Positions 26,815 to 36,951 of a stretch of 64,000 bases of DNA are shown here, one piece after another. The stretch comes from a virus: IMG/VR virus record IMGVR_UViG_3300020057_000027, positions 1-64,000 of that record, one strand, 5' to 3'. The position numbers and the translations under genes are program-made. A model generated the notes under the pieces. The model saw only the letters and a list, made by a program, of their open reading frames with translations. It did not search any database and was not told where the DNA came from. The stretch's first letter is position 1; every line of letters starts with the position of its first letter.

Positions 26815-27519
26815 ATGAGAATAGTTTGTATAAGCGATACACACACGCTTCAAGATAACATGACTGCTGATATCCCAGAAGGAGATGTTCTCCTTCATGC
26901 TGGTGATGTTATGAATTCGGGTTATGATGCTAGTGATATTTTCTATTTCTTGGATTGGTTCGGTGCTTTACCCCATAAGCATAAAATTTTCATTGCTGGT
27001 AATCACGATAGACTTTTTGAAAATGATCCTAAAGCAGTAAAAGATATAATTGATAAAAAGAATGGTGTATTAAAATCTTCTAAGAAAAAGAAAATTACAT
27101 ATCTTGAGGATTCTGAAATCGTCATTGATGGTGTTAAGTTTTATGGTTCTCCATATCAGCCTGAATTTTGTAATTGGGCCTTCAATGTGAATCGCGGCCC
27201 TGATATTAAAAGAGTGTGGGATAAGATCCCATTGGACACGGATGTCCTCATCACTCACGGACCTCCATATGGTATTCTTGATTGGACAGAATACGATAGA
27301 TTAAATGTTGGTTGTGAAATGTTAATGCCAAAGATTTTAGAAGTTAAACCAAAGATACATTTGTTTGGACATATACACGAAGCATATGGAGTTAAAGTAG
27401 TAGATGATACAACTTTTGTAAATGCTTCTATTTGTACTCTGAGATATAGACCTATAAATAAACCTATAGTATTTGACTATCATCCAGAAAACAAACTTGT
27501 AGTAGAGGTTACAGAATGA
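26815..27519 (+). CDS. Metallophosphoesterase (MPPED/239FB-like)
   Basis: SDTH, HAGD, AGNHD, THGPP, FGHIHE. Confidence 0.92.
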   Translation: MRIVCISDTHTLQDNMTADIPEGDVLLHAGDVMNSGYDASDIFYFLDWFGALPHKHKIFIAGNHDRLFENDPKAVKDIIDKKNGVLKSSKKKKITYLEDSEIVIDGVKFYGSPYQPEFCNWAFNVNRGPDIKRVWDKIPLDTDVLITHGPPYGILDWTEYDRLNVGCEMLMPKILEVKPKIHLFGHIHEAYGVKVVDDTTFVNASICTLRYRPINKPIVFDYHPENKLVVEVTE

Positions 27520-27965
27520 AAACTTTAGGCAAAGCAGGATCAGACTTAATTAAAGAGTTTGAACAATTAAAACTTGTTGGTTATCTTCCAACACCTAATG
27601 ATGTTCCTACTATTGGTTGGGGTTCTACTCATATCTTTGGCTGTAAAGTTATTCTTAAAGAAACTATTACACAAGAACAAGCACAAGCCCAGTTTGATTT
27701 AGATGTTGCTACTTTTGTTGCCGCAGTAAATAAAAAAGTTGCTGTTCCATTAACACAGAATCAGTTTGATGCATTGGTATCATTGGTGTATAATATTGGT
27801 GAAGCCAATTTTGCTTCTTCTACACTATTAAAAATGCTTAATGGTAATAGAATGAAAGAAGCTAAAGATCAATTTGTTCGGTGGAATAAACAGAAAGGAA
27901 AAGTTCTGAATGGTTTAACCAGACGAAGAGAAAGAGAACGCGATTTATTTGTGAAGGAAAATTAA
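27516..27965 (+). CDS. GH24 lysozyme (endolysin-like)
   Basis: FEQL...Y...DVPTIGWG, QNQFDALVSL.YNIG, GLTRRR..E. Confidence 0.93.
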   Translation: MKTLGKAGSDLIKEFEQLKLVGYLPTPNDVPTIGWGSTHIFGCKVILKETITQEQAQAQFDLDVATFVAAVNKKVAVPLTQNQFDALVSLVYNIGEANFASSTLLKMLNGNRMKEAKDQFVRWNKQKGKVLNGLTRRRERERDLFVKEN

Positions 27966-27966
27966 A

Positions 27967-28257
27967 ATGAGTGATATATTAATTATTAGATTAGCAAGTG
28001 GTGAACAGATTTTAGGTGATATAGATCTGAACTATTCAGATACTCATGTGTTGGTCAAACATCCAACACAGATTGCCGCAGGCCCGAATCCTAAGACGGG
28101 ACAAATTGATGTGCATATGGCACCTCTACTAACATTAGCAGAAGAAAAAGAAATTCCATTAGCTAAGACTGCCATAACTTTTCATTACACTCCTATATTA
28201 GATATCAGAAACAAGTTTTCTAAACTATTTGGATCAGGATTAGTAGCACTATCATAA
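27967..28257 (+). CDS. Conserved T4-like Sm-like protein
   Basis: IRLASGEQILG, FGSGLV; typical gene before gp43. Confidence 0.6.
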   Translation: MSDILIIRLASGEQILGDIDLNYSDTHVLVKHPTQIAAGPNPKTGQIDVHMAPLLTLAEEKEIPLAKTAITFHYTPILDIRNKFSKLFGSGLVALS

Positions 28258-28266
28258 AAATCTGAG

Positions 28267-28295
28267 TTGACGCTAAACTCTTTTTATGGTATGAT
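28267..28295 (+). promoter_or_regulatory. sigma70-type promoter of gp43A, likely leaderless
   Basis: TTGACG-17-TATGAT with TG, ATG 6 nt downstream. Confidence 0.7.
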
Positions 28296-28301
28296 GTTAT
28301 T

Positions 28302-30833
28302 ATGAGTGAAAAATTCTACACAAATTGTTCCGTCATTGGAAACACTATTCTTTATCGTGGTATAGAGAACGGTGAAAGAATAAAAGAGCGAGTGCAGTTT
28401 AAACCTAAACTGTTTCTTCCAACAAATAAACCATCAAAATATAAAACGCTTGATGGTCAAGCTTGTGATAAGATTGAATTCGGTGATATCAAAGAAGCAA
28501 GAGATTTTGTAAAACAATATTCTGATGTTGATGGATTTAAGTTCTTTGGTAATACTCGTTGGGTATATGTTTATCTTTCGGATAGATTTCCTAATGTAGT
28601 TGAGTTTGATCCAACTAAGATCGTTGTCGCAAATATAGATATTGAGGTCGCTTCAGAAAACGGTTTTGCTCCTGTAGAAAATCCAACAGAAGAGATTACT
28701 GCAATCACAATCAAAGCTCACGGAAGGTTTTATGTTTTTGGTTGTGGTATCTTTGAAACAGATAGAGAAGATGTTAAGTATATCAAGTCACGCAATGAAC
28801 CTGAGATGCTCAGAAAGTTTATTGAGTTCTGGGAAACTCTTGCTCCAGATGTAGTTACTGGTTGGAATTGTCTGCCGCTCAATAGTTTTGTTTACACTAA
28901 TAACTCAATTAAAAAACTTAAAAATCTTTATAATAAAGAAATTTTAAATATTGATAATAATGTTACAAATTTATATCCAAAAAGCACCAAAAGAATTTGG
29001 GAGATAAATTTAGCCACTGGTCAAAAAATATCCTCTTCAGGTGAACATAAATTTTTTACTTGTAAACCGAAAGTTCCATATCAGAATATCACTCAAATGT
29101 TAAAAGCCGGAATTTGGACAGAATCTAAAAATATTGACAAAGAATCATTCCTGGTTATTCCAAAACATAAAAATATAAACCAAACAACAGTAGAAGATTT
29201 AGATTTGTTTTATGTTTTAGGGATGCTATTTACCGACGGCACTAAACAGGGTAAGGCCGCCGCAATTTACAACACTAAAGATGAAATTATAAATCGCGTT
29301 GCATTATTTACACAAAAACATAAAATCGCTAACCATGCAAGCAAAAGCGGAATATCACTCAGTCATAGACCGTGTAAAAGAGTTAGAATGTGGCTAAGAG
29401 ATGACCACATTCTTAGCCAGTATATTCATTTAATTTATAACGATGACAAAAAAGAATTAAATGTTGAAGAATTGTCAAAACTATCCAAAGAAGAATTTGA
29501 GTATTTTTTATCGGGTTTAATAGACGGCGACGGTTCCGTTGGTAAAAATGGTAAAATTAGTTTTTGTAATTATAATGATCAAATATCAAACTTAAATGAA
29601 TTGTTGTTATGGAATGGAATTATATCTAGTGGATTTACAGCAAATAGACTTTATATTTCTAAAAGGTGTGAAGTCAATTTAAAACTGTCACATCCAATAA
29701 AAAAATCTCGATTGCTTTCCGCCGACATGAATTTTTTTAGAGCAAAATCCGCTCCAAATAAAATTGCCAAAATATTAGAAAACGATGATTGTTATTTGGT
29801 TAAAGTTAAATCAGTTGTAGAAACTTCTGAATATACCGAAATGATGGATATAGAAACATCAACGCACGAATTTATTGTAAGTGGCGTTAAAACTCACAAT
29901 TGCACCTTTTACGATATACCTTATATTGTTAACAGAATATCCAGAGTGTTTAGTGACAAAGAAGCAAAAAGGCTTTCTCCTTGGGGATTTTTGTCCACTA
30001 GGTCATCTAACTATAAAGGTAAACAACATCAAGTTGTAGAGATAGTTGGTATCAGTACATTAGACTATATTGAATTGTATAGAAAGTTTGGTGCTAGACA
30101 AGAGAGTGAGAAATTAAATTACGTTGCATATGCCGAGCTAGGTGAGAAAAAGATTTCTTATACTGAATTTGGTAGTTTGCACGAACTATATAAGCATGAC
30201 TATCAAAAGTTTATTGAGTATAACATCAAAGACGTTGATCTAGTTGATAAGCTTGAACAGAAGCTCCAGTTGATCAACATGAGTTTTGCAATGGCATTTG
30301 ATGCTAAGGTAAACTTTTCTGATGTGTTCACACAAACAAGAATGTGGGATGCTATCATCTTTGATTACGTTAAAAAGAAAGACTTAGTATTACCACAGGT
30401 TAAAGAGACAGCAAAAGATGAACAGTACGCTGGAGGCTATGTTAAAGAGATTACTCCTGGGATGTATGATTGGGTTTTATCATTCGATCTTAACTCTCTA
30501 TATCCTAACCTAATTGCACAGTTTAATATTTCACCTGAGATGTTAATCCAAGAACAGGTAGACACAGAAACTTTTAGAAAGAAGTCTACTGAAGAGGGTA
30601 TCAAGTATGATATATCTCCACTGCTGGATAAGAAACTTGATCTATCACATTTAAAAGATAAGAACATAACAATGGCAGCAAACGGATATGCTTTTCTAAA
30701 AGAGAAGCAAGGTTTTCTTCCAGATATATTGATGCGTATGTATGAAGATAGAAAGATGTATAAGAAGAAAATGATTGAAGCTCAAAAAGATCTTGAGCTA
30801 GTTAAAGAAGAAATGCGTAGACGTGGAATATAA
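28302..30833 (+). CDS. gp43A: Split family B DNA polymerase, N-terminal part (exonuclease, palm motif A, first fingers helix), with intein
   Basis: DIEV ExoI, TGWN|intein|C.FYD ExoII, YNI.D ExoIII, SFDLNSLYP; ends RKMYKKKMIEA...RRRGI. Confidence 0.95.
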   Translation: MSEKFYTNCSVIGNTILYRGIENGERIKERVQFKPKLFLPTNKPSKYKTLDGQACDKIEFGDIKEARDFVKQYSDVDGFKFFGNTRWVYVYLSDRFPNVVEFDPTKIVVANIDIEVASENGFAPVENPTEEITAITIKAHGRFYVFGCGIFETDREDVKYIKSRNEPEMLRKFIEFWETLAPDVVTGWNCLPLNSFVYTNNSIKKLKNLYNKEILNIDNNVTNLYPKSTKRIWEINLATGQKISSSGEHKFFTCKPKVPYQNITQMLKAGIWTESKNIDKESFLVIPKHKNINQTTVEDLDLFYVLGMLFTDGTKQGKAAAIYNTKDEIINRVALFTQKHKIANHASKSGISLSHRPCKRVRMWLRDDHILSQYIHLIYNDDKKELNVEELSKLSKEEFEYFLSGLIDGDGSVGKNGKISFCNYNDQISNLNELLLWNGIISSGFTANRLYISKRCEVNLKLSHPIKKSRLLSADMNFFRAKSAPNKIAKILENDDCYLVKVKSVVETSEYTEMMDIETSTHEFIVSGVKTHNCTFYDIPYIVNRISRVFSDKEAKRLSPWGFLSTRSSNYKGKQHQVVEIVGISTLDYIELYRKFGARQESEKLNYVAYAELGEKKISYTEFGSLHELYKHDYQKFIEYNIKDVDLVDKLEQKLQLINMSFAMAFDAKVNFSDVFTQTRMWDAIIFDYVKKKDLVLPQVKETAKDEQYAGGYVKEITPGMYDWVLSFDLNSLYPNLIAQFNISPEMLIQEQVDTETFRKKSTEEGIKYDISPLLDKKLDLSHLKDKNITMAANGYAFLKEKQGFLPDILMRMYEDRKMYKKKMIEAQKDLELVKEEMRRRGI
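28869..29900 (+). mobile_element. Intein (344 aa) in gp43 ExoII motif, with LAGLIDADG endonuclease
   Basis: Starts CLPLNS, ends KTHN|C; LGMLFTDG and LSGLIDGDG. Confidence 0.95.
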
Positions 30834-30855
30834 TCCAAACCTATCCAATTGGGTG

Positions 30856-30885
30856 TTGACATAATACTCTAAACTGTGGTATAAT
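30856..30885 (+). promoter_or_regulatory. sigma70-type promoter, likely leaderless
   Basis: TTGACA-18-TATAAT with TG, ATG 5 nt downstream. Confidence 0.8.
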
Positions 30886-30890
30886 AAAAT

Positions 30891-31469
30891 ATGAGCAAAA
30901 CATTTTTCACTGCCGATACTCACTTTGGACACGCAAACATTATTCGTTATTGTGGTCGTCCATTTGAAACTAAAGAAGAACACGATAGAGTTTTAATTGA
31001 AAACTGGAACCACGAAGTATCTCCAAAAGATACGGTGTATCATCTTGGTGATTTTGGTTTTGGTACTCTAGAAGAACTGAGAAAGATTGCTGGCAAACTT
31101 CACGGACGTATTCACTTTCTTAAAGGTAATCACGATAAACCATCTACACTTGATGTTATTGGTGGTAGGTTTGCTTCTATTAAAGATGTGAGTATAATCT
31201 ATCCTAGATATAATGATCGTAAGGTTACAATCTTTCTATCTCACTATGCTCATAGATCTTGGTTCAAGTCTAATCATGGTTCTTGGCATCTTTGGGGACA
31301 CTCTCATGGTAATATGAGTCCACACGGATTGTCTTTTGATGTTGGAGTTGACTGCTGGGACTTCAGACCTATATCTTTGGATCAGGTAGCTAATAAGATT
31401 GCCAGTCTACAGCAAGTCTTGGATTATAATCTAGCAGACCAACATTTAGTAGAAGACAAAGAAAGTTAA
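30891..31469 (+). CDS. Calcineurin-like phosphoesterase
   Basis: ADTHFGH, HLGD, GNHD, SHY, GHSH, DVGVD. Confidence 0.92.
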   Translation: MSKTFFTADTHFGHANIIRYCGRPFETKEEHDRVLIENWNHEVSPKDTVYHLGDFGFGTLEELRKIAGKLHGRIHFLKGNHDKPSTLDVIGGRFASIKDVSIIYPRYNDRKVTIFLSHYAHRSWFKSNHGSWHLWGHSHGNMSPHGLSFDVGVDCWDFRPISLDQVANKIASLQQVLDYNLADQHLVEDKES

Positions 31470-31487
31470 TTGTGATATAATATAATT

Positions 31488-32210
31488 ATGTCTAAAATAA
31501 CATTTAAAGAAATGCAAACTGCAATAGCCTCTCTTCAAAGTAGAGGCGGCAACATTCTTCAAGATATTTTTACTGATGTAATTAAAGTATATAATAAAAA
31601 TATAAAATATAATAGTCTAAAAAATATTCAAAGTATAAAAAAATTAATTAGAACTGATCCAGAAGAATCTAGATTTTTCACTCAAGTTATTATAGATCCA
31701 TACTCAGCAAACAAATCATCTAAAGCAGATTTAGTTATTTGGAAAAATAATGAATTGTTGTTGGTAGAATTAAAAAATGGCTCCAAATTTGATAAGGGAA
31801 AAACTCAAAATATTATTTTGGGCATAGAAACATGGAATGAATATATTAAAGAGCATTTTGTTTATGATGATTTTTTAGTTAGATCTTTAATTGTATGTTT
31901 TGATGAGAACCAATTAAAAGATATTCGGGCAAAATTAAAGGATTTTACTATATCAGGGAAAAAGTTTTGTGATATGTTAGAATTAGATTATAATTTTATA
32001 AGATTGAGTTCAGAAAATTGGATAGAATATAAATTTCAGCAGTTTCAAAACGGAGATAGTCAATGGAAAAAAAACGAAGATTACGCCCATTTTTTAAATG
32101 GTCAGGCGGCAAATCAAAAGAGTTGCCCAAGATCAGGAATTATTATCCGAAGGAATACAACATTAGAAGATATATTGAACCCTTCGTTGGAGGCGGCGCA
32201 GCCTGGTTAG
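31488..32210 (+). CDS. Putative PD-(D/E)XK restriction endonuclease
   Basis: KADLVI...VELK motif; overlaps a Dam-family MTase; very AT-rich. Confidence 0.55.
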   Translation: MSKITFKEMQTAIASLQSRGGNILQDIFTDVIKVYNKNIKYNSLKNIQSIKKLIRTDPEESRFFTQVIIDPYSANKSSKADLVIWKNNELLLVELKNGSKFDKGKTQNIILGIETWNEYIKEHFVYDDFLVRSLIVCFDENQLKDIRAKLKDFTISGKKFCDMLELDYNFIRLSSENWIEYKFQQFQNGDSQWKKNEDYAHFLNGQAANQKSCPRSGIIIRRNTTLEDILNPSLEAAQPG

Positions 32211-32953
32211 CAATTAATCATGATATTAATATTATTAATGATTTTAATCCTGAAGTAGCTAATTTTTATAGAATATTAAAATCCGACACTAATAAACTTA
32301 TAACTTCTATTAATTTTTTGGTTGATGAATATAATTCTTATGATAAAAAACTTTTAACAAAAACTGAATTCCAAACTTTAGGTGATAAATTTTATTATAA
32401 TTATAGAGATATTCCAGCCAAGAATGATTTTGATGCCGCACTTGGTTTTTATTTTATACGACAATTATCCTTTTCAGGAATGATTAGATATAATAGTAAA
32501 GGACAGTTTAATGTTCCTTTTGGTTGGTATAAAAAAATGCATGGTATTAATCAAGAAGAAAAATTGATAAAAAATATATTAAACAACACAGAAATATTAT
32601 GCGGAGATTGGAAGAAATCAGTTCAAAATTCTTCTTCAGAAGATTTTATATTTTTAGATCCACCATACACAACAACATTTAAAGATTATAATTTTGGAGC
32701 TGGTTCTGCTTTTGGAAAAGAACAACATATTGAATTATATGATTGGTTTGCTAATACATCATCAAAAGTATTAATTATATTGAATTATGATGATTTTACT
32801 GGTAAACTATATGAAAATCATATTAAAGAAAAATATGGTCATAATTATAGTATAAAATATAAAGACAGAGTTAGTAAAGAGGATAGTGCTAATATACATT
32901 TTGTTGCTACTAATTATGATGTTAAAATTAAAAAAGATAGTATATTAGAATAA
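32063..32953 (+). CDS. Dam-family (D12 class) N6-adenine DNA methyltransferase
   Basis: FKWSGGK, EPFVGGG, RYN..G.FNVPFG, LDPPY. Confidence 0.93.
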   Translation: MEKKRRLRPFFKWSGGKSKELPKIRNYYPKEYNIRRYIEPFVGGGAAWLAINHDINIINDFNPEVANFYRILKSDTNKLITSINFLVDEYNSYDKKLLTKTEFQTLGDKFYYNYRDIPAKNDFDAALGFYFIRQLSFSGMIRYNSKGQFNVPFGWYKKMHGINQEEKLIKNILNNTEILCGDWKKSVQNSSSEDFIFLDPPYTTTFKDYNFGAGSAFGKEQHIELYDWFANTSSKVLIILNYDDFTGKLYENHIKEKYGHNYSIKYKDRVSKEDSANIHFVATNYDVKIKKDSILE

Positions 32954-32954
32954 T

Positions 32955-34064
32955 ATGAATGATTTAAGTAAACTTTCAGACGCCGAGTTAAAGAACGAAG
33001 CTCGGCGTCTTTCATTTGATATCTCCAAGTATAATAATTATCAGACCACAAAAAAGGTTCAATTGAATTCTGCTTATGGTGCTATGGGTAATCAATATTT
33101 TAGATTCTATGATGTTCGTTTGGCAGAAGCGGTAACTTTATCTGGACAATTAGTCATTCAGTGGCTAGCTAATGATATCAATGCGTATCTTAATACCCTG
33201 TTAAAGACATCCAAGGTTGATTATATCGTTGCTAGTGACACAGATTCGCTCTATATTCGCTTAGATGGGTTGGTTAATGCTGCTTATGGTGGTAAGCTCC
33301 CAGAAGACCGTAGCAAGGTCGTAGACCTATTAGACAAGGTAGCTGAAGACAAGCTACAGAAGGTCATAGACAAGTCGTGTGAGAGTTTAAAGACTTATCT
33401 CAATGCGTTCTCACAGAAGATGGTAATGAAGCGCGAGAGCATTGCAGACAAAGGTATTTGGACAGCAAAGAAAAATTACATCTTAAATGTTTGGGATAGT
33501 GAGGGTGTTAGATATGATAAACCAAAACTAAAAGTTATGGGTATATCAGCAATCAGATCGTCCACTCCAGAGGTATGTAGAAATCATATTAAGAAAGCAA
33601 TTGAAATAGTGATGACTCAGAGACAAGTAGATCTTCACAAGTACATCGCAGAATTTAAGAAAGACTTCAAAAACCTTCCACCTGAAGAGGTTGCGTTCCC
33701 TCGTGGCTTGAATACGTTTGATGAGAAAGAAACTTTCGGAAGTAAGACTACAATGTCCATCCACGCCAGAGGTGCTTTGCTTTATAATGAACTAATAAAG
33801 AAAAACAAACTAAACAAAAAATACCCTTGCATCCAAGAGGGAGATAAGGTAAAATTCATATATCTGAAACAACCGAATGTTGTTCACAGTCACGTTATAA
33901 CTATGGCAGAAGAAGGTCTACCAAAAGAATTAAACTTACATAAGTATGTTGATTATGATGTACAGTTTGAAAAGAGTTTTCTTGATCCGTTGAAGATCAT
34001 TCTTAATTCTATTAAATGGACGACAAAGAAGGTTTCAACTTTAGAAGATATATTTGGAGATTAA
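32955..34064 (+). CDS. gp43B: Split family B DNA polymerase, C-terminal part
   Basis: KVQLNSAYG (motif B), SDTDS (motif C), KK.Y, C-terminal clamp-binding-like TLEDIFG. Confidence 0.95.
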   Translation: MNDLSKLSDAELKNEARRLSFDISKYNNYQTTKKVQLNSAYGAMGNQYFRFYDVRLAEAVTLSGQLVIQWLANDINAYLNTLLKTSKVDYIVASDTDSLYIRLDGLVNAAYGGKLPEDRSKVVDLLDKVAEDKLQKVIDKSCESLKTYLNAFSQKMVMKRESIADKGIWTAKKNYILNVWDSEGVRYDKPKLKVMGISAIRSSTPEVCRNHIKKAIEIVMTQRQVDLHKYIAEFKKDFKNLPPEEVAFPRGLNTFDEKETFGSKTTMSIHARGALLYNELIKKNKLNKKYPCIQEGDKVKFIYLKQPNVVHSHVITMAEEGLPKELNLHKYVDYDVQFEKSFLDPLKIILNSIKWTTKKVSTLEDIFGD

Positions 34065-34065
34065 T

Positions 34066-35130
34066 ATGGCGAAAGATAATTTTTTTGGAGAGCTTGATAA
34101 GCTATTAGAAAATGAATATGCTGGTATTGCCGATGACGGTACTTCTGCTGATGTTGTTGGTTTTCTTGATACCGGCAGTTACATTCTCAATGCTCTTTAT
34201 AGTGGTAGCATCTTTAGAGGTATGCCAGCGAATAAGATATCTGCATTGGCTGGCGAAGAGTCTACAGGTAAGACTTTCTTCATGCTTGCAATACTTAAAA
34301 ACTTTCTTGAAGATCCGAAAGCCGTAGCAATCATATTTGAATCAGAAGGTTCAATCACAAAAGAAATAATGTCCGAACGTGGTATTGATACCAAACGTGT
34401 TTATATTGTTCCAGTTGAAACTATTCAACAGTTTAAAACTCAGGCGGTGCGAGTAGTTGAAAAGCATTTGAAGACTCCAGAAAAGGAAAAGCGGCCCTTG
34501 TTTATGGCATTAGATTCTCTCGGAATGTTATCTACAACTAAAGAGATGGCAGATTCAGAGAGTGGCAAGGAAGTAAAAGATATGACTCGTACCCAAGAAA
34601 TAAGGGCCGCTTTTCGTGTTCTGACTTTGAAGCTAAGTAAAGCAAAGATTCCTCTGGTGGTAACTAATCACGTTTATCAATCTGTAGGTTCATTCTTTCC
34701 AACTAAAGAAATGGCTGGCGGTGGTGGTTTGAAGTATGCCGCCAATAATATTATTACACTTGGCAAAGCTAAAGAGAAAGATGCTGATGGAACTGTAACA
34801 GGTGCTATCATTAGATGTAAGGTTATGAAGTCCCGCTTAACTAGAGAGCAGATTGAAGCTAGGGTTCTTCTATCGTTTGATAGAGGTCTAGATCGCTTCT
34901 ATGGTTTGCTTGAAGTAGCATTAGAGCATAAGATCTTTGAAAAGGTAGTAAACAAAGTAAAACTGCCAGATGGCACATTAGTGTTTGAAAAAGTTATTCT
35001 TAAGAATCCAGAAAAGTATTTCACTGAAGAGATCTTAAAGAAGATTGATGTTTGTGTTGGAGGAGACTTTAAGTTTGGCACTACGATTGATACAGAGGAC
35101 GTTGTAGAGGAGATTCTTCTTAATGAATAA
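34066..35130 (+). CDS. uvsX: RecA-like recombinase UvsX
   Basis: AGEESTGKT, DSLGML, VTNH, GG.GLKYAA; ATG 34066 has SD GGAG. Confidence 0.95.
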   Translation: MAKDNFFGELDKLLENEYAGIADDGTSADVVGFLDTGSYILNALYSGSIFRGMPANKISALAGEESTGKTFFMLAILKNFLEDPKAVAIIFESEGSITKEIMSERGIDTKRVYIVPVETIQQFKTQAVRVVEKHLKTPEKEKRPLFMALDSLGMLSTTKEMADSESGKEVKDMTRTQEIRAAFRVLTLKLSKAKIPLVVTNHVYQSVGSFFPTKEMAGGGGLKYAANNIITLGKAKEKDADGTVTGAIIRCKVMKSRLTREQIEARVLLSFDRGLDRFYGLLEVALEHKIFEKVVNKVKLPDGTLVFEKVILKNPEKYFTEEILKKIDVCVGGDFKFGTTIDTEDVVEEILLNE

Positions 35131-35260
35131 ACAAGCTAAAATTAAATTGGTTAAATTATTAAATAAACTTAACGAAATGCCACAACACGAATGGCACAAG
35201 AAAGAATTGATTATGGCCGAAATGCTTACTATCATAGCAGAGGAAATTTGTGACAGTTGA
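35123..35260 (+). CDS. Small hypothetical protein (45 aa, not in ORF track)
   Basis: MNKQAKIKLVKLL... overlaps both neighbours. Confidence 0.4.
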   Translation: MNKQAKIKLVKLLNKLNEMPQHEWHKKELIMAEMLTIIAEEICDS

Positions 35261-35603
35261 AATAAAAGAAAAATATAAAATCAAATATGATCCTAATGAT
35301 AAGGCTAGATGGTTTGTTCAGCTAACAGATCTAGCTGGAGTCTTTGCTGGCGTGATGTATGGTTATGGAGCATTTAGAATTAAAGAGCCAGAAAGTCCAG
35401 ATGGTAATTTGATGTTTAGTTTTGAACGAGATATTCTATACGTACCAGAAGGCCTGAAAGGTAAAGAGTTATCAGATGATCAAGAAAAAGAATTTACTAT
35501 ATTGCTTGGCTCAATACTATATGATATACTACAAGACAACCTCAATAAAGTTTCAGAACGAGGCGATAAGCTAGTCTTGGAGTTAGAGTCTAATGATAAA
35601 TGA
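35250..35603 (+). CDS. Conserved protein at the gp40 position (possible head assembly chaperone)
   Basis: Between uvsX and gp41 as T4 gp40; G..Y.YG and LG.IL..IL pattern. Confidence 0.45.
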   Translation: MTVEIKEKYKIKYDPNDKARWFVQLTDLAGVFAGVMYGYGAFRIKEPESPDGNLMFSFERDILYVPEGLKGKELSDDQEKEFTILLGSILYDILQDNLNKVSERGDKLVLELESNDK

Positions 35604-36951
35604 TAGAGTTGAAATATTAATCATAAAGAATTTATTCTTTAATGAACCATATACAAGAGAAGTTCTTCCTTTTATAATGCCTGAATATTTTTCTGATGAA
35701 GCTGAAAGAACGCTTGTCACAAAAATAAAAACCTTTATAACTAATTTCAATCATCTTCCTACTCGTGAAGCTATTATCATTCAGGTATCTAATGATACAA
35801 AACTATCACAACCAACAGAAGATAAAATTAGAGAGATTGTTTCTAATTTAAATAATGATGAGAAAAGTGATCCTAAATTCTTAATAGAAGAATCACAAAA
35901 GTTTTGCCAACAAAAAGCATTGGTAAATGCTGTATACAGTACAGTTGATATATTAGAAGACCCTAAGAAAGAGAAAGGTATAATTCCTAAACTACTTAGT
36001 GATGCACTTGCTGTATCCTTTGATCCGAGTGTTGGTCATAGTTATCTTGATGATGCTGATGCAAGATTTGAAACTTATCATAAAACAGAAGAGAAGTTTC
36101 CATTTGACCTATCATATTTTAATAAGATTACTAGGGGTGGTGTTCCAAGAAAGACTTTAAATGTTATTCTTGCTGGAACTGCTGTAGGTAAATCACTTGC
36201 AATGTGCCATATGGCAGGCTCATATTTAATGTCGGGCAAAGATGTTCTATACATTACACTTGAAATGGCACAAGAAAGAATAGCAGAACGTATTGATGCT
36301 AATCTATTGAACGTATCAATGCAGGATCTAGCATCATTACCTAAAGATCTTTATGATAAAAAGATTGCTGCTATTAAAAGTAAAACAGTTGGTAGATTTT
36401 TCATCAAAGAATATCCTACTGCCACAGCATCCGCAACAAACTTTAGAGCATTGTTAAATGAACTTGCATTAAAGAAATCTTTTAGACCTGATGTAATCTT
36501 TGTTGATTATCTGAACATCGCAACAAGTAGCCGACTAGGTAATAATCAAACGGTAAACTCATACACATATGTAAAGAGTATAGCAGAAGAACTTAGAGGT
36601 ATGGCAGTAGAGTTTAATGTTCCAATTTGGACTGCTACACAAACTAATCGCTGTCTAACATTAGATAGTAGCATTATAACTAAAAAAGGTACATTACCTT
36701 TAGGTGATATTAAAGTGGGAGATAGTGTGTTATCTGATGTTGGTTGGAATAATGTTTTGCGTGTGTATCCAATAGAAAAACAGAAAACATATCTTATCAA
36801 AACAAAGTCAGGTAAAACTATAAAATGTTCTGCTAGACATTTATTTCCTTCTAGCGGTGGTTTATTGTCTATTGATAGTGGTCTTAAAATCGGGGATGGT
36901 CTGCAAAACAGAGATGATAAAAAAAGTAATGAAAAATGGAATGTTTTTTGA
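35593..36951 (+). CDS. gp41: Replicative helicase N-terminal part fused to split-intein IntN
   Basis: AGTAVGKS, TLEM..ERI..RID, VDYL, TATQTNR|CLTLDS... Confidence 0.95.
   Translation: MINDRVEILIIKNLFFNEPYTREVLPFIMPEYFSDEAERTLVTKIKTFITNFNHLPTREAIIIQVSNDTKLSQPTEDKIREIVSNLNNDEKSDPKFLIEESQKFCQQKALVNAVYSTVDILEDPKKEKGIIPKLLSDALAVSFDPSVGHSYLDDADARFETYHKTEEKFPFDLSYFNKITRGGVPRKTLNVILAGTAVGKSLAMCHMAGSYLMSGKDVLYITLEMAQERIAERIDANLLNVSMQDLASLPKDLYDKKIAAIKSKTVGRFFIKEYPTATASATNFRALLNELALKKSFRPDVIFVDYLNIATSSRLGNNQTVNSYTYVKSIAEELRGMAVEFNVPIWTATQTNRCLTLDSSIITKKGTLPLGDIKVGDSVLSDVGWNNVLRVYPIEKQKTYLIKTKSGKTIKCSARHLFPSSGGLLSIDSGLKIGDGLQNRDDKKSNEKWNVF

Noticed and set aside
32155-32185. TTLEDIL in the putative restriction enzyme tail as a sliding-clamp-binding motif like gp43B TLEDIF
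   Set aside because: It is the alternate frame of the conserved MTase RYIEPF motif, so probably coincidental
30834-32954. Group I intron or split intein joining gp43A and gp43B
   Set aside because: No intein terminal motifs at the break, no recognisable intron core, and intervening genes have their own promoters
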